64,000 nucleotides of DNA, taken from an uncultured Bacteroidales bacterium (GTDB lineage: Bacteria > Bacteroidota > Bacteroidia > Bacteroidales > VadinHA17). Location of the stretch: contig CAVXUP010000002.1 of NCBI GenBank assembly GCA_963765005.1, positions 279,607-343,606 on the forward strand, given 5' to 3'. Made by a program: the position numbers and the translations under genes. Every line of letters begins with the position of its first letter. Positions within the stretch are counted from its first letter, which is position 1. The notes below the pieces were generated by a model, which saw only the letters and a list, made by a program, of their open reading frames with translations, did no database searches and had not been told where the DNA came from. This document shows positions 1 through 9,604 of this stretch, piece by piece.

Positions 1-13
1 TACTTTTATCAGC

Positions 14-910
14 ATGGAACGATTTACGCTTAATAACCTTGAAAGCCTTACCGGCATAAAGGCCGATACAATAAGGATCTGGGAGAGAAGGTATGGCCTG
101 CTTACTCCATCGCGTACGGCAACAAGGCGAAGATGGTATAACGGAGATGACCTTACCAGGCTGATAAACATTTCCCTGCTTTACAGCAAAGGGATCAAAA
201 TCTCACAGATCGCCAGATTATCTGATTCGGAGTTAAATGAAAGAGTTTCGTCATTAGGCGATGGGGATAGAAGAACATCAGATCAGATAGCTTCCATGGT
301 TGTTGCAATGACCAGACTCGATGAGGCATCAATAAATGAGATACTCCTGAAATCAATAATTACAAGGGGAATCGAAGCAACCTATTCAGAGGTCGTGTTT
401 CCATTTCTTCACAAGCTTGGCCTCATGTGGCACACAGGCGCTGTTGATATAGGTACTGAGCACTTTGTATCAGGAATTTTCAGAAAGCGTATTATTTCTG
501 CTATTGACTCACTCCCCGGTCGTTCTGCGGGAACAGGAAGGAGATTCCTTCTTTTTCTTCCTGAAGGTGAACTTCATGAGCTTGGTCTTCTGTTTTTTTA
601 CTACCTGATAGTCAGGGCGGGAGAACTAGTATTGTATCTCGGTCAGTCTACCCCGCTTAAAGCTGTTGTTAAGATTGCCGGGCAGTGGGATCCTCATGTG
701 ATAATAACCGGAACTCTGTCAGGCCTTGGTCAATATAAACCTGCTGAATTTCTCAGGCTCTTAAACAAAGAACTTCCCGGCAGAATGATTCTGGCTGCCG
801 GAGGACTTGCCGATAAAGCTGATAAGATTAATATTTCTGAGATAAAGTCACTGAGAAGCAGCAAGGATCTCGACCTGATACTAAAATCCCTCAGTATCAA
901 AGTCGGTTGA
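14..910 (+). CDS. MerR-family transcriptional regulator with C-terminal cobalamin (B12)-binding domain (CarH/LitR-like)
   Basis: N-terminal MerR HTH pattern ([23 protein letters not shown]...RRWY..DDL..L). C-terminal Rossmann-like part has an E-x-H-x-x-G B12-ligand motif (GELHELGLL) and a later GG. Confidence 0.75.
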   Translation: MERFTLNNLESLTGIKADTIRIWERRYGLLTPSRTATRRRWYNGDDLTRLINISLLYSKGIKISQIARLSDSELNERVSSLGDGDRRTSDQIASMVVAMTRLDEASINEILLKSIITRGIEATYSEVVFPFLHKLGLMWHTGAVDIGTEHFVSGIFRKRIISAIDSLPGRSAGTGRRFLLFLPEGELHELGLLFFYYLIVRAGELVLYLGQSTPLKAVVKIAGQWDPHVIITGTLSGLGQYKPAEFLRLLNKELPGRMILAAGGLADKADKINISEIKSLRSSKDLDLILKSLSIKVG

Positions 911-2476
911 ATCGACCCATCCTGCAGCCTTTCGCCAGAGTTCACCTTTCATATGCCTGTTATAAAAGTCTTTCACAGCCTTTTGCGAATATGGATAGTT
1001 GTCAAAAACATCTCCTTTTCCGTAGACTCGCGGATCGCCCTGTTCAAGGAGCTCGGTGTAAAGAAGTTCATTCAGGCGTCGTTTTACAGGGTTATAGCCG
1101 GCATCAGAAGACAGGTTGTTCATGCATCCGGGATCATTCCCCAGATTGTAAAGCTCATCATCCTTCCTCATGCCGAAACTTAATTTCCAGTATTCAGGAG
1201 ATTTTCCGGTACGCCTCATATCAAGAATAAGGGTTTTTGTGGGGCTTCCGTCTACATCAAGATAACCGGTCCCGGGGTTACCCGAAGGCCATCTTTCAGG
1301 CTTGTAGTTTTTAATATAAAGAAAACCTCCCTTTACAATGCCTCTGATCGGGTAACCCATATCATCAGGGCGGCCTACATCGTGGCGTTCTTTCCCGATC
1401 AGAACGAAATCACGATCCTTATCTACAAACCTATTCTTTTTAGAATAAAAAATCTCAGTCAGACTTTTTCCCTCAAACGGCTGCATTCCTGAGCTCTCAA
1501 TTTCAATTCCTGCCGTTTCGAGCAGGGTAGGGGCAAAGTCGATGAAACTGATGTAGTCATATATTGTTCGTCCGGGATTTTTGATGCCTTTTCCCCACAT
1601 TATGGCAAGCGGCATATGGTTCGAATATTCATATGCCTGTCCTTTTACACGCGGGAAAGGCATGCCATTGTCAGCCGTAACAATTACTATTGTGTTGTCA
1701 AGCTCACCCTGCTCTTCAAGGAGCTTAAGCATTTTTACAAGATGGCTGTCAAAATGTTCAATCTCATATGCGTAATCAAGTAAGTCATTTCTGACAATCT
1801 CATTGTCGGGCCAGAATTTGAATACTTCGGGGATATCGGTCAGTTTTTTTCCTCCTTTGCTAACCCCTGATCCATATTCGTATCTCCTGTGCGGTTCAGT
1901 GGAGCCATACCAGAAACAGAAAGGTTTGCTTCCGTCGCGGGTCTTGAGAAACTCCTCAAAGTTTGCTGCATAATCGATTGATGAGATTCCTGAGGCAGAA
2001 GGAGTTAATTTCCTGGAATTGAAAGGTATTCCTGTGAGCATTCGCGGCTTGCCTGTACTGTCGAGCGCTGTTCCCGGAGCCCATCCTTTTGCTGTAAATC
2101 CTGTAAAATACCCGTTTTCGCCCAGAACCTCGATAATGCTTTTAAACTTAGATGGGAAAAAAGGGACGTGATTTGCCGCCTCTTCAAGCTGCCAGCTGTT
2201 TCGTCCTGTAAGTATGCAGGCACGCGATGGAGAGGATTTTGCGTTCGGGGTATATGCATTGTTGAAGAGTATGCCTTCCCTTGCAACCCTGTCAAATCCC
2301 GGTGTTTTCACCCAGTTTGTTCCATAAGCCCCCATATGCGGGTATGAAATGTCATCACCAACGGCGATAAGTATATTCGGACGCTTATCACGTGTCACCT
2401 CTGTTGATGATCTTCCGCAACTGTAAAGAACGCATGGCGAAAGAATTATCAGTGATTTAAGACAGGCTGGTTTCAT
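881..2476 (-). CDS. Sulfatase (S1 family, Ser-type active site), lipoprotein signal
   Basis: [11 protein letters not shown] metal-site start; signature [12 protein letters not shown] (S-x-P-x-R...TGR); [11 protein letters not shown]; signal peptide ending LYSC. Its 3-prime end overlaps the convergent MerR gene by 30 nt. Confidence 0.85.
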   Translation of the reverse strand: MKPACLKSLIILSPCVLYSCGRSSTEVTRDKRPNILIAVGDDISYPHMGAYGTNWVKTPGFDRVAREGILFNNAYTPNAKSSPSRACILTGRNSWQLEEAANHVPFFPSKFKSIIEVLGENGYFTGFTAKGWAPGTALDSTGKPRMLTGIPFNSRKLTPSASGISSIDYAANFEEFLKTRDGSKPFCFWYGSTEPHRRYEYGSGVSKGGKKLTDIPEVFKFWPDNEIVRNDLLDYAYEIEHFDSHLVKMLKLLEEQGELDNTIVIVTADNGMPFPRVKGQAYEYSNHMPLAIMWGKGIKNPGRTIYDYISFIDFAPTLLETAGIEIESSGMQPFEGKSLTEIFYSKKNRFVDKDRDFVLIGKERHDVGRPDDMGYPIRGIVKGGFLYIKNYKPERWPSGNPGTGYLDVDGSPTKTLILDMRRTGKSPEYWKLSFGMRKDDELYNLGNDPGCMNNLSSDAGYNPVKRRLNELLYTELLEQGDPRVYGKGDVFDNYPYSQKAVKDFYNRHMKGELWRKAAGWVDSTDFDTEGF

Positions 2477-2506
2477 TGCTGTATATGATTGATAAATTTT
2501 TTCTCA

Positions 2507-4759
2507 TCAGTATTTTCCACTTATCCTGAGACTGAAACTGCGCTGCGGCTGGATATCTCCGGGACGACCCATATATTCGGTATTCGTAATATTCTTTACA
2601 GCAAATGATAATGAGAGCTTACTGTTAAGCTTCATTCCTATATTGCCGTCTATTGTAAAATATCCTGTATTGTTTTCGAGCCAGTAATCGTAGAACCCGG
2701 GAAGGATGCTTTCTCTTGTAAGCTCATTCAGAAACACCTCATCGATATTCAGAATTCTGGACCTTGCAAATAGGGTCAATCCTGCTTCCAATGCCTTGTA
2801 AGCAGTGCCAAGAGATAGCTGCGCAGAGTGTTTTCTTCTGTATTTAAGATAGATGCCTGTGTTCTCATTTGTAAGCGGATTGTATTCAACAGGGTAGATG
2901 TATGTATATCCTCCCGACAGATTACTTGTAAAGCTGCCTGTGCTTCTTGTCAGCATGAATTCAGCCTCTGCTCCGTAAACTCTTGCCTGTTCAACATTTG
3001 TCGCCTGGAAGCCGAAATCAAAAACCCCGGTGACAGGATCGGGATAATTGCTGAATATATACTCAATCATATTTTCATTCTGCGAGAAGAATACTGTAAG
3101 ATCAACCTGTCCGCTTGTTTTGCCCGATAAAACACCCTGTTTGAACCCTAACTCAGTACTCCATCCCGATTCGGGTTCAACATATGGATTCGGGAAGATC
3201 TTTACTGAACCAAGGGTGGTTGAGGCGTACTTTTCAGCAATTGAAGGGTAGCGGTACCCCTCTCCGAATGATGCCCTTAAAAATGAGTATTCTGCAACTT
3301 TCCAGTTTATGCCTGTTCTGAAAACCGGCACCAGTTTGTCTTTGTAGCTATCGAGGGAATTCTGTTCCATACGCACACCTGCCACAAGTTTAAGAGAGCG
3401 GACCGGACTGGCCTCAATCTGTGAAAATGCCGCAAGATTCATGCCATTATGATCTCCATAGAAGTTCGAAACGACGCTGCTGAAAGTTTCAGAGAGACCT
3501 GCCGTTATTCCAAGGTATTCGGCAAATCTGTAGTTCATCTGATACTCCGAGAAGATTGCAAGTGCATCCGAATTATTATCGTCTCTGACAGGGAACCTGT
3601 TTGAGGAAGACTGAAAGCGTACTCTGAGATCATGAGTGAATTTTCCTCCTCCCTTGTATGATAAGTAAGGATCAACTGCAAGAAAAGTGCCATGCAGAAG
3701 AGACGCTGTTGAGGTATCCTGTTTAAGTGCTCCATAGTCCGCATCCTCCCAGAGTACGAAGTCTGTCTTTTCAGTATAGCCTGCATTTACATTCATCCCG
3801 TAGTTCAGACCTCTCACTTTTTGGTTGTAGTGTTTAAATCTGAGGCTCAGCCTTCCGAGTTTCTCATCATTGAGTTTTCTGTAGCCGTTATCATATAGAA
3901 TGTATGCCCCGACTCCAAGGTCGTTATTTCCGGCTTTCTGAAGGTGTGAAAATGACAGGCTTGAGAATGATCTCGGTGTATCCCACCATTTCCAGTTTAT
4001 ATTTCGCGGTTTATCAAATAACCCCGTCTCGGCATAAAACTGTCCTGAAGGCTTTATCCCCGCGTCGGAAGAACGGAAGTTTATTACACCGTTAAGTGCT
4101 GATGAGCCATACAGGACTGATGATGCTCCTTTAATTACCTCTATCTGAGAGATATTTTCGAATGGAAGGAATTGCCATTTTATGTTTCCCGCATCAGGTG
4201 ATATAACAGGCAAACCGTCGATAAGAGCCATTACCCTGCTGCCTGCTCCATAGCTGAAACCGCTTCCTCCTCTCACCGACGCTTGTCCATCCATAACCTC
4301 GATACCGGGAGTTTTGTTTATAAGCTCCTCTGCATCGGTAATATGTGTGTTAAGGAAGTCGTCGGCCTTCAGCACATCCATTGAGACTGTCAGCTCCGCA
4401 ATCTTTTGTTCCCTCTTGTTTGCGCTTATGACTATCTGACCAATATCCAGGATTTCCAATTCCATGCCCACTTCCAGGCTTAGAGTCGCGCCTTTGCCGG
4501 TAATGGCTGTTTGCTCAACTGATTTGTATCCCACATACTGGAACACCAGTTTCATTTTCCCGGTGTCGGCAGATATCGTGAACCGGCCATCCTGATCGCT
4601 TGTGGTTCCCTTTGACTTCCCGTATATGACATATACTCCTGCCAGGTTCTCCTTGGTGTTAATGTCGAACACTCTGCCGGTGATGGTCCCCTGAGAATAT
4701 GCAATACTCAGAAATGAAGAGGGGAGCAGTAATATAGCAACAAGCAGGAATCGCATCAT
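2507..4759 (-). CDS. TonB-dependent receptor (CarboxypepD_reg-like N-domain, plug and barrel); not SusC-type
   Basis: Signal peptide; GTITGRVFD...NLAGVYV carboxypeptidase-regulatory-like fold; plug motifs (IEVIKGASSVLYGSSALNGVINF); C-terminal aromatic end (RISGKY). Confidence 0.85.
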   Translation of the reverse strand: MMRFLLVAILLLPSSFLSIAYSQGTITGRVFDINTKENLAGVYVIYGKSKGTTSDQDGRFTISADTGKMKLVFQYVGYKSVEQTAITGKGATLSLEVGMELEILDIGQIVISANKREQKIAELTVSMDVLKADDFLNTHITDAEELINKTPGIEVMDGQASVRGGSGFSYGAGSRVMALIDGLPVISPDAGNIKWQFLPFENISQIEVIKGASSVLYGSSALNGVINFRSSDAGIKPSGQFYAETGLFDKPRNINWKWWDTPRSFSSLSFSHLQKAGNNDLGVGAYILYDNGYRKLNDEKLGRLSLRFKHYNQKVRGLNYGMNVNAGYTEKTDFVLWEDADYGALKQDTSTASLLHGTFLAVDPYLSYKGGGKFTHDLRVRFQSSSNRFPVRDDNNSDALAIFSEYQMNYRFAEYLGITAGLSETFSSVVSNFYGDHNGMNLAAFSQIEASPVRSLKLVAGVRMEQNSLDSYKDKLVPVFRTGINWKVAEYSFLRASFGEGYRYPSIAEKYASTTLGSVKIFPNPYVEPESGWSTELGFKQGVLSGKTSGQVDLTVFFSQNENMIEYIFSNYPDPVTGVFDFGFQATNVEQARVYGAEAEFMLTRSTGSFTSNLSGGYTYIYPVEYNPLTNENTGIYLKYRRKHSAQLSLGTAYKALEAGLTLFARSRILNIDEVFLNELTRESILPGFYDYWLENNTGYFTIDGNIGMKLNSKLSLSFAVKNITNTEYMGRPGDIQPQRSFSLRISGKY

Positions 4760-5163
4760 TTGGCCTTGAAGGTCATCCTGATGTTAGTCGGAGCGGACGG
4801 ATTTGCCAGGTTCGGATAACTTGTGGTGACTTTCAGGCTTTTTGCAGTCAGTTCGGCAATTTTTGTAGTAAGCGGAAATGGAAGTGAGTCGGAAGAAATC
4901 ACGAGCTGCGTATTATCGTATGCAAACCTCCAGGTCCCTTCATAAATCCCGAAATATCCTGAGCCGTCTTCATTGAATTTAGCATCTCCCTTGAAGTTTT
5001 TCAGCATTCCGTCGGGTCCGCTGGCATCGAGACCGTTGGCAAGCAGACTGTCGCTGGCCCATACCGGCCCTGTAAGCAAACTAACCTGACTATCACTGTC
5101 CTCTTTTTTACAGGATGCAATTGCAAGACCTGCAATAATAAACAATAAGGCAAGATTTTTCAT
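4756..5163 (-). CDS. Small lipoprotein of unknown function, translationally coupled to the receptor gene
   Basis: Start moved to the internal Met (MKNLALLFIIAGLAIASCKKED, lipobox). Its stop overlaps the downstream receptor start by 4 nt. The upstream part of the track ORF is translated 7-mer repeat. Confidence 0.55.
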   Translation of the reverse strand: MKNLALLFIIAGLAIASCKKEDSDSQVSLLTGPVWASDSLLANGLDASGPDGMLKNFKGDAKFNEDGSGYFGIYEGTWRFAYDNTQLVISSDSLPFPLTTKIAELTAKSLKVTTSYPNLANPSAPTNIRMTFKAK

Positions 5164-5193
5164 GATCCTGTTTTTTAAGTTTTTTTCCTGTGT

Positions 5194-5231
5194 GCCATGA
5201 GCCATGAGCCATGAGCCATGAGCCCTGAGCC
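5194..5231. repeat. Tandem 7-mer array (gccatga) x5
   Basis: Read directly: gccatga gccatga gccatga gccatga gccctga gcc. Lies in the spacer after the DUF1080 stop. Confidence 0.9.
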
Positions 5232-5977
5232 TATTTTATCTCCCTGATCTTAATGTTCTTATAGGATACTATATTCCCATGGTCCTGAAGAAGAATCCGT
5301 CCCTCCTCCACCTCACCGAAACCGGGAGATGTTTTGAATTTACTTGTAGCAACAAGATCTTTCCATGCCTGATTTCCTCTTTCGTATTCGACTGTCATCT
5401 GCCCGTTCAGCCAGTGCTGAACTTTGTTGCCTTTCACTACTATCGCTGCCCTGTTCCAGTTGTCTGTTCCGTTGTCCTTTACATTCTTCGGAGGAATCAG
5501 GTCATATAATCCGGCAAGAGTACGGTTGCCTGCAATACCGGCTTTGGCATCGGGATGATTTTTGTCGTCGAGCACCTGGTATTCACATCCTATACCTGAC
5601 AGCGATCCGTTATTTTTTTCAGTATCAACAAAATATTTAATTCCGCTGTTTGCTCCCTTAGTATATTTAAAGTCGACGGTGAGCTCAAAGTTTTTATATT
5701 TTTCAGCAGTTACAATATCGCCGCCTCCTCCATCTTTTTTTGTTTCAGGACTTACTCTCAGTTCACCGTTGCTTATAACCCAGCCATTAACAGGAAAGAG
5801 CCTGGATTTTGCATTCATCCAGCCTGAAGATGTATTGCCATCGAAAAGGAGTTTCCAGCCCTCCTTTTTTTCTTTTTCACTTAGCTGATTATCCGGGTTG
5901 TTCGACTGTCCGCTTGCAGGGACAATCAGAATGGACAATAAAATCGCAATAACATAAGCCGACATACTTTTTTTCAT
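5231..5977 (-). CDS. DUF1080 (3-keto-disaccharide hydrolase-like, concanavalin-type) secreted protein
   Basis: Signal peptide; GWKLLFDGNT..GW, NFELTVDFKY..ANSGI, EYQVLDD, LQDHG pattern typical of DUF1080. Confidence 0.7.
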   Translation of the reverse strand: MKKSMSAYVIAILLSILIVPASGQSNNPDNQLSEKEKKEGWKLLFDGNTSSGWMNAKSRLFPVNGWVISNGELRVSPETKKDGGGGDIVTAEKYKNFELTVDFKYTKGANSGIKYFVDTEKNNGSLSGIGCEYQVLDDKNHPDAKAGIAGNRTLAGLYDLIPPKNVKDNGTDNWNRAAIVVKGNKVQHWLNGQMTVEYERGNQAWKDLVATSKFKTSPGFGEVEEGRILLQDHGNIVSYKNIKIREIK

Positions 5978-6050
5978 GATTCTTCTATTTGGTTATCAAT
6001 ATTTTTTTGCACCCGTACCTTTCAGCCTCCGTAGCCTTGGCGAAGGAGGC

Positions 6051-6133
6051 CCGCACCCCGCACCCTGCACCCCGCACCCCGCACCCTTCAACCTCTTCAA
6101 CCTCTTCAACTACTTCAACCTCTTCAACCCCTT
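6051..6133. repeat. Two abutting tandem arrays: (ccgcacc) x5 then (ttcaacctc) x5
   Basis: Read directly. The 9-mer array runs into the last codons of the GH43 ORF. It is preceded by a small hairpin gcctcc...ggaggc (6025-6050). Confidence 0.9.
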
Positions 6134-7249
6134 CATTTCCCACTCCTCCCGCCACCTTATAACCGGCATGTCTGCCTCCCATTCCAGAGGAAGCCATACA
6201 TGAGGACTGTCAGAAAGATTTTCAGGCGTCCATCTGTCGCCCATATAAACAAATAAATCCTTTTTTATGTTCAGGGCAAGTACGTTTGTACTCTGAGATC
6301 CGAAAGTGATTTTATTTTCCTCTTCTGTTCCCCTGCACGGATTTCCGGCTGCCTTCCACTCACCGGTCAGCTTATCAGCTACAGAGAGCCTGCCCGGATT
6401 GGGTTTCCATCCTGTAGTCCCTGATGTAAACATGAAGTACTTCCCTTTTGCATAGAAGATTGCAGGAGCTTCATTCGATTCACCTGGAAGAACACGGTAA
6501 TATCTGCCTGTAAAATCGAGGAAATCATCAGTAAGCTCAGAGAAGTGGAGAGTCATATTCTCCTCAGCGGAATGAATATGATAAGCTTTTCCATCCTTGT
6601 CGATATAAAGAGTCATATCGCGTGCCATCTGACCGCCGGCAAAATCTCTCCTCACAAACAATCCATCTCTTACTGCCTGTTTCCACTCCTCGCTCCAGCT
6701 CTTGAGATCTCCTTCCTTTACCTGAAGTTTTTTCTGTTCTTCTGTAAAATTCTGAGGCCAGGTGCCGGCATTCGGGCGGAGACTCCGGATATATTTATAA
6801 GGACCTGTTATTTTATCGCTTACTGCTACTCCGGTCATTGCTGCCTTGTAGCCCTGTCCCTTCAGTTCATGATGAAACCACATTACAAATTTGCCGGTCT
6901 TGCTGTTAAAGATCACCTTTGGCCGTTCAATTACGCAACCTGGCTGAAGGAGACTTGCGGTATCATTTATTACCCTTAGGGAAAGGCCTTCATTTTTCCA
7001 GTTTATAAGATCATTTGACGAATAGCAGCCCACACCGTATTTTGTTTTGTCCTGGACTCCCCTTGGAAGCCTGCTCTCTCCAAACCAGTAATAGATACCC
7101 TTATGCTCAATTATTGCTCCTCCGTGGGCATTGATATGATTGCCATCGGTATCAGGCCATACCTGACCAGGCTTTATCGTTTTGCTTTCCTGTGCCTTGA
7201 CTCCAAGCGACAGGATTATAAGCAGAATCAGGGATATCTTTTTCTTCAT
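6110..7249 (-). CDS. Glycoside hydrolase family 43 (GH43_24-like, exo-beta-1,3-galactanase-type)
   Basis: Start at the internal Met with signal peptide (MKKKISLILLIILSLGVKAQ). DGNHINAHGGAIIEHKGIYYWFGE motif resembles GH43_24. The last ~8 codons are read out of the 9-mer repeat array. Confidence 0.6.
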   Translation of the reverse strand: MKKKISLILLIILSLGVKAQESKTIKPGQVWPDTDGNHINAHGGAIIEHKGIYYWFGESRLPRGVQDKTKYGVGCYSSNDLINWKNEGLSLRVINDTASLLQPGCVIERPKVIFNSKTGKFVMWFHHELKGQGYKAAMTGVAVSDKITGPYKYIRSLRPNAGTWPQNFTEEQKKLQVKEGDLKSWSEEWKQAVRDGLFVRRDFAGGQMARDMTLYIDKDGKAYHIHSAEENMTLHFSELTDDFLDFTGRYYRVLPGESNEAPAIFYAKGKYFMFTSGTTGWKPNPGRLSVADKLTGEWKAAGNPCRGTEEENKITFGSQSTNVLALNIKKDLFVYMGDRWTPENLSDSPHVWLPLEWEADMPVIRWREEWEMKGLKRLK

Positions 7250-7351
7250 TTCATAATGGTTGAAGTGAAGATCAAATTTATTCAAAAGATTAAATTATTT
7301 TTACGTTTGAATATATTATTAAAGCAAATTATTAAAAACCTTCTCAAAATT

Positions 7352-8128
7352 ATGAAAAATATTCTGGCAATTTCGCTTCTGTTTTCAGGGATGTTTATGC
7401 AAACATCATTTGGTCAGCCTGTTGTAGGGCTGGATAACTGGTTCAACCGCGAAACGAATGTAAAAACAGGAAATCCATATCATTATCTCTGGACTGATAC
7501 TGAGTGGAGCGGATATTCCCGCTGGGGTGAAATTTTCAAATCGAGAGGAGCTGTTATAACAACTATTGATAAACCACTTGCCTCTGCATTGAAAAAGATC
7601 AATGTTTATATAATTGTTGACCCTGATACCACAACTGAATCGAAAGCCCCAAACTATATTTTGCCCGACGATATAAAGGCAATAAAGAGCTGGGTGGAAA
7701 AAGGCGGTGTCCTTGCTGTGCTTGCCAACGATGCCCCGAATTGCGAGTTTACGCATCTGAACCAGCTGATGAGGGAATTCGGCATGACTTTCAATCATGT
7801 AACCCTCCACCCGGTTACCGGAACAAATTTTGAGATGGGCGCCAGCAAGGATTTTCCAGCCCATCCGTTATTCAAAGGAGTGTCAAAGATCTATATCAAG
7901 GAGGTATCAGATATAAATCTTTCAGGGTCGGCAAAATCTGTACTCTCTGAGAATGGAAAGGTTCTGATTGCTGAAAATAAATTCGGAAAGGGTTATGTTT
8001 TTGCTATTGGCGATCCATGGATATACAATGAATATATTGACCACGACAGGCTGCCGGAGAGCTTTGAGAACAGAAAGGCAGCTGAGAATCTGACGGATTT
8101 GCTTCTGGGATACACCAGGAAGAAGTGA
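7352..8128 (+). CDS. Secreted protein of unknown function (DUF4350-like, glutamine-amidotransferase-like fold suspected)
   Basis: Start at in-frame ATG 7352 giving a signal peptide (MKNILAISLLFSGMFMQTSFGQ). No catalytic motif recognised. Confidence 0.4.
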   Translation: MKNILAISLLFSGMFMQTSFGQPVVGLDNWFNRETNVKTGNPYHYLWTDTEWSGYSRWGEIFKSRGAVITTIDKPLASALKKINVYIIVDPDTTTESKAPNYILPDDIKAIKSWVEKGGVLAVLANDAPNCEFTHLNQLMREFGMTFNHVTLHPVTGTNFEMGASKDFPAHPLFKGVSKIYIKEVSDINLSGSAKSVLSENGKVLIAENKFGKGYVFAIGDPWIYNEYIDHDRLPESFENRKAAENLTDLLLGYTRKK

Positions 8129-8248
8129 GAGGGAGAGGGGGAGATTGGGAGAAAGGGAGAATGGGAGAGGGGGAGAATGGGAGAATGGGAGAATGGGAGA
8201 ATGGGAGAGGGGGAGACAAAAAGATAAAAGATAAAAGATAAAAGATAA
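8126..8248. repeat. Approximately 120-nt near-pure polypurine spacer: GGGAGA-type 8-mer array (gagaatgg etc.) then (gataaaa) x4
   Basis: Fills the whole spacer from the stop at 8126 to the ATG at 8250. Contains the 16-mer agggagagggggagat (8130-8145), which also occurs twice at 10920-10951 on the other strand. Confidence 0.9.
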
Positions 8249-8249
8249 G

Positions 8250-9482
8250 ATGAAAATCAAGATCATATACTTAGTTGCTGTAAGCATCTTGGGCTTGTCA
8301 ATTACTTCATTGACAGAGAGCTCAGCTCAGCTGATACCATCGGATAAAACCATTGAGGCAATGGTTCTTGCCAATAAATACTTCATGGAAAAATGGCCTG
8401 ATGTCGGGAAGACTATTATCACCGAAAGGGAAAGGCCGAGTAATATCTGGACACGTGGTGTCTACTATGAAGGTCTTATGGCTCTGTACAAGATCAGTCC
8501 AAATCCGGCTTATCTCGACTATACGGTCAGCTGGGGGCAATTCCATAAATGGGGTCTGAGGGATGGCATTACAACCCGGAACGGAGACAATCAGTGTTGC
8601 GGACAGACCTATATAGATATTTATATGCTCGACAGGTACAAAGAGGAGAGGATAAAGGACATAAAGGCATGTATCGACAACATGCTGGCCACTGATAAGA
8701 TCGACGACTGGAACTGGATTGATGCCTTGCAGATGGCTATGCCTGTATATGCACGGCTTGGTACCATATACAGGGATAAAAGGTACTTCGACAGGATGAA
8801 TGAAATGTATATGTATACCAAACTCAGCCATGGCACTAATGGTTTATACAATCCTGAGGATCATCTCTGGTGGCGCGATAAGGATTTTGTGCCGCCATAT
8901 AAGGAGCCAAATGGTGAGAATTGTTACTGGTCGAGAGGCAATGGATGGGTTGTTGCAGCCCTGGTAAGGACTCTTGAGTTTCTTCCCGAAAAGAACAAGT
9001 ACCGTGATGAGTATGTAAAAACGCTGAAAGAGATGCTGGAGGCACTTGTTCCCCTGCAGAGGAGTGACGGTTACTGGAATGTAAGCCTTAAGGATCCTTC
9101 AAACTTCGGAGGGAAAGAGCTGACAGGCACAGCTCTGTTTGTTTATGGGATGGCATGGGGAATCAACCAGGGGATCATAAGCAAAAAAGATTATCTTCCG
9201 GTTGTCACCAAAGCCTGGAATGCCATGGTTGCAGAATCAGTTCATCCTAACGGCTTTCTGGGTTATGTGCAGGGCACAGGGAAGGAGCCAAAAGACAGCC
9301 AGCCTGTAGGTTATGATATTGTTCCGAATTTTGAAGATTTCGGTCTTGGTTGTTTTCTGCTTGCCGGCTCCGAAGTATATAAGCTGAGCAAGTCTCTTGA
9401 GCCAAAACCGGAAAAAGGCGGTAAAGGCAGTAAAGGCAGTAAAGGCGATAAAGGGGAGAAAGGCGATAAAGGCGATAAATAG
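8250..9482 (+). CDS. GH105 (GH88-related) unsaturated rhamnogalacturonyl hydrolase
   Basis: YWSRGNGWVVAALVRTLEFLP and WWRDKDF motifs typical of YteR/YesR-type GH105. The C-terminal KGGKGSKGSKGDKGEKGDKGDK tail is translated 9-mer repeat. Confidence 0.8.
   Translation: MKIKIIYLVAVSILGLSITSLTESSAQLIPSDKTIEAMVLANKYFMEKWPDVGKTIITERERPSNIWTRGVYYEGLMALYKISPNPAYLDYTVSWGQFHKWGLRDGITTRNGDNQCCGQTYIDIYMLDRYKEERIKDIKACIDNMLATDKIDDWNWIDALQMAMPVYARLGTIYRDKRYFDRMNEMYMYTKLSHGTNGLYNPEDHLWWRDKDFVPPYKEPNGENCYWSRGNGWVVAALVRTLEFLPEKNKYRDEYVKTLKEMLEALVPLQRSDGYWNVSLKDPSNFGGKELTGTALFVYGMAWGINQGIISKKDYLPVVTKAWNAMVAESVHPNGFLGYVQGTGKEPKDSQPVGYDIVPNFEDFGLGCFLLAGSEVYKLSKSLEPKPEKGGKGSKGSKGDKGEKGDKGDK
9414..9476. repeat. 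Tandem 9-mer array (aaaggcNNt) x7 forming the GH105 C-terminal tail
   Basis: aaaggcggt aaaggcagt aaaggcagt aaaggcgat aaaggggag aaaggcgat aaaggcgat. Confidence 0.9.
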
Positions 9483-9493
9483 ATAATAAAACA

Positions 9494-9567
9494 AACAATC
9501 GAATAATAGAACAAACGAAATCAGAATAACGAACTGAAAAAGGTTCTGATTTCTAAATTCGATTGTT
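9494..9567. repeat. Imperfect long hairpin built from aacaatcgaa / gaaatcagaa words
   Basis: gaaatcagaa (9517-9526) pairs with ttctgatttc (9544-9553). aacaatcgaat (9494-9504) pairs with attcgattgtt (9557-9567). Confidence 0.7.
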
Positions 9568-9604
9568 CTTTATTCTTAATTCTTATTTCAAACCGGATAG
9601 TAGC

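Noticed and set aside
881-910. 30-nt convergent overlap between the MerR-type gene and the sulfatase as a possible antisense regulatory arrangement.
   Set aside because: Short 3-prime overlaps of convergent genes are common, and either stop could be slightly mis-set by the long-ORF rule. There is no supporting structure.
5976-6203. Track ORFs 5976-6203 (+) and 5985-6197 (-) with repetitive FNLFNLFNYFNLFN / VEEVEVVEEVEEVEG peptides.
   Set aside because: They are translations of the ccgcacc and ttcaacctc tandem arrays in an intergenic spacer, not genes.
7922-8287. Track ORFs 7922-8287 and 8004-8219 (minus strand) encoding Pro/Ser/Leu-rich repeats (PLPFSHSPILPFS...).
   Set aside because: They are the antisense translation of the polypurine GGGAGA repeat spacer. 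They overlap the ends of real genes on the other strand and have no start context or domain. Treated as artefacts.
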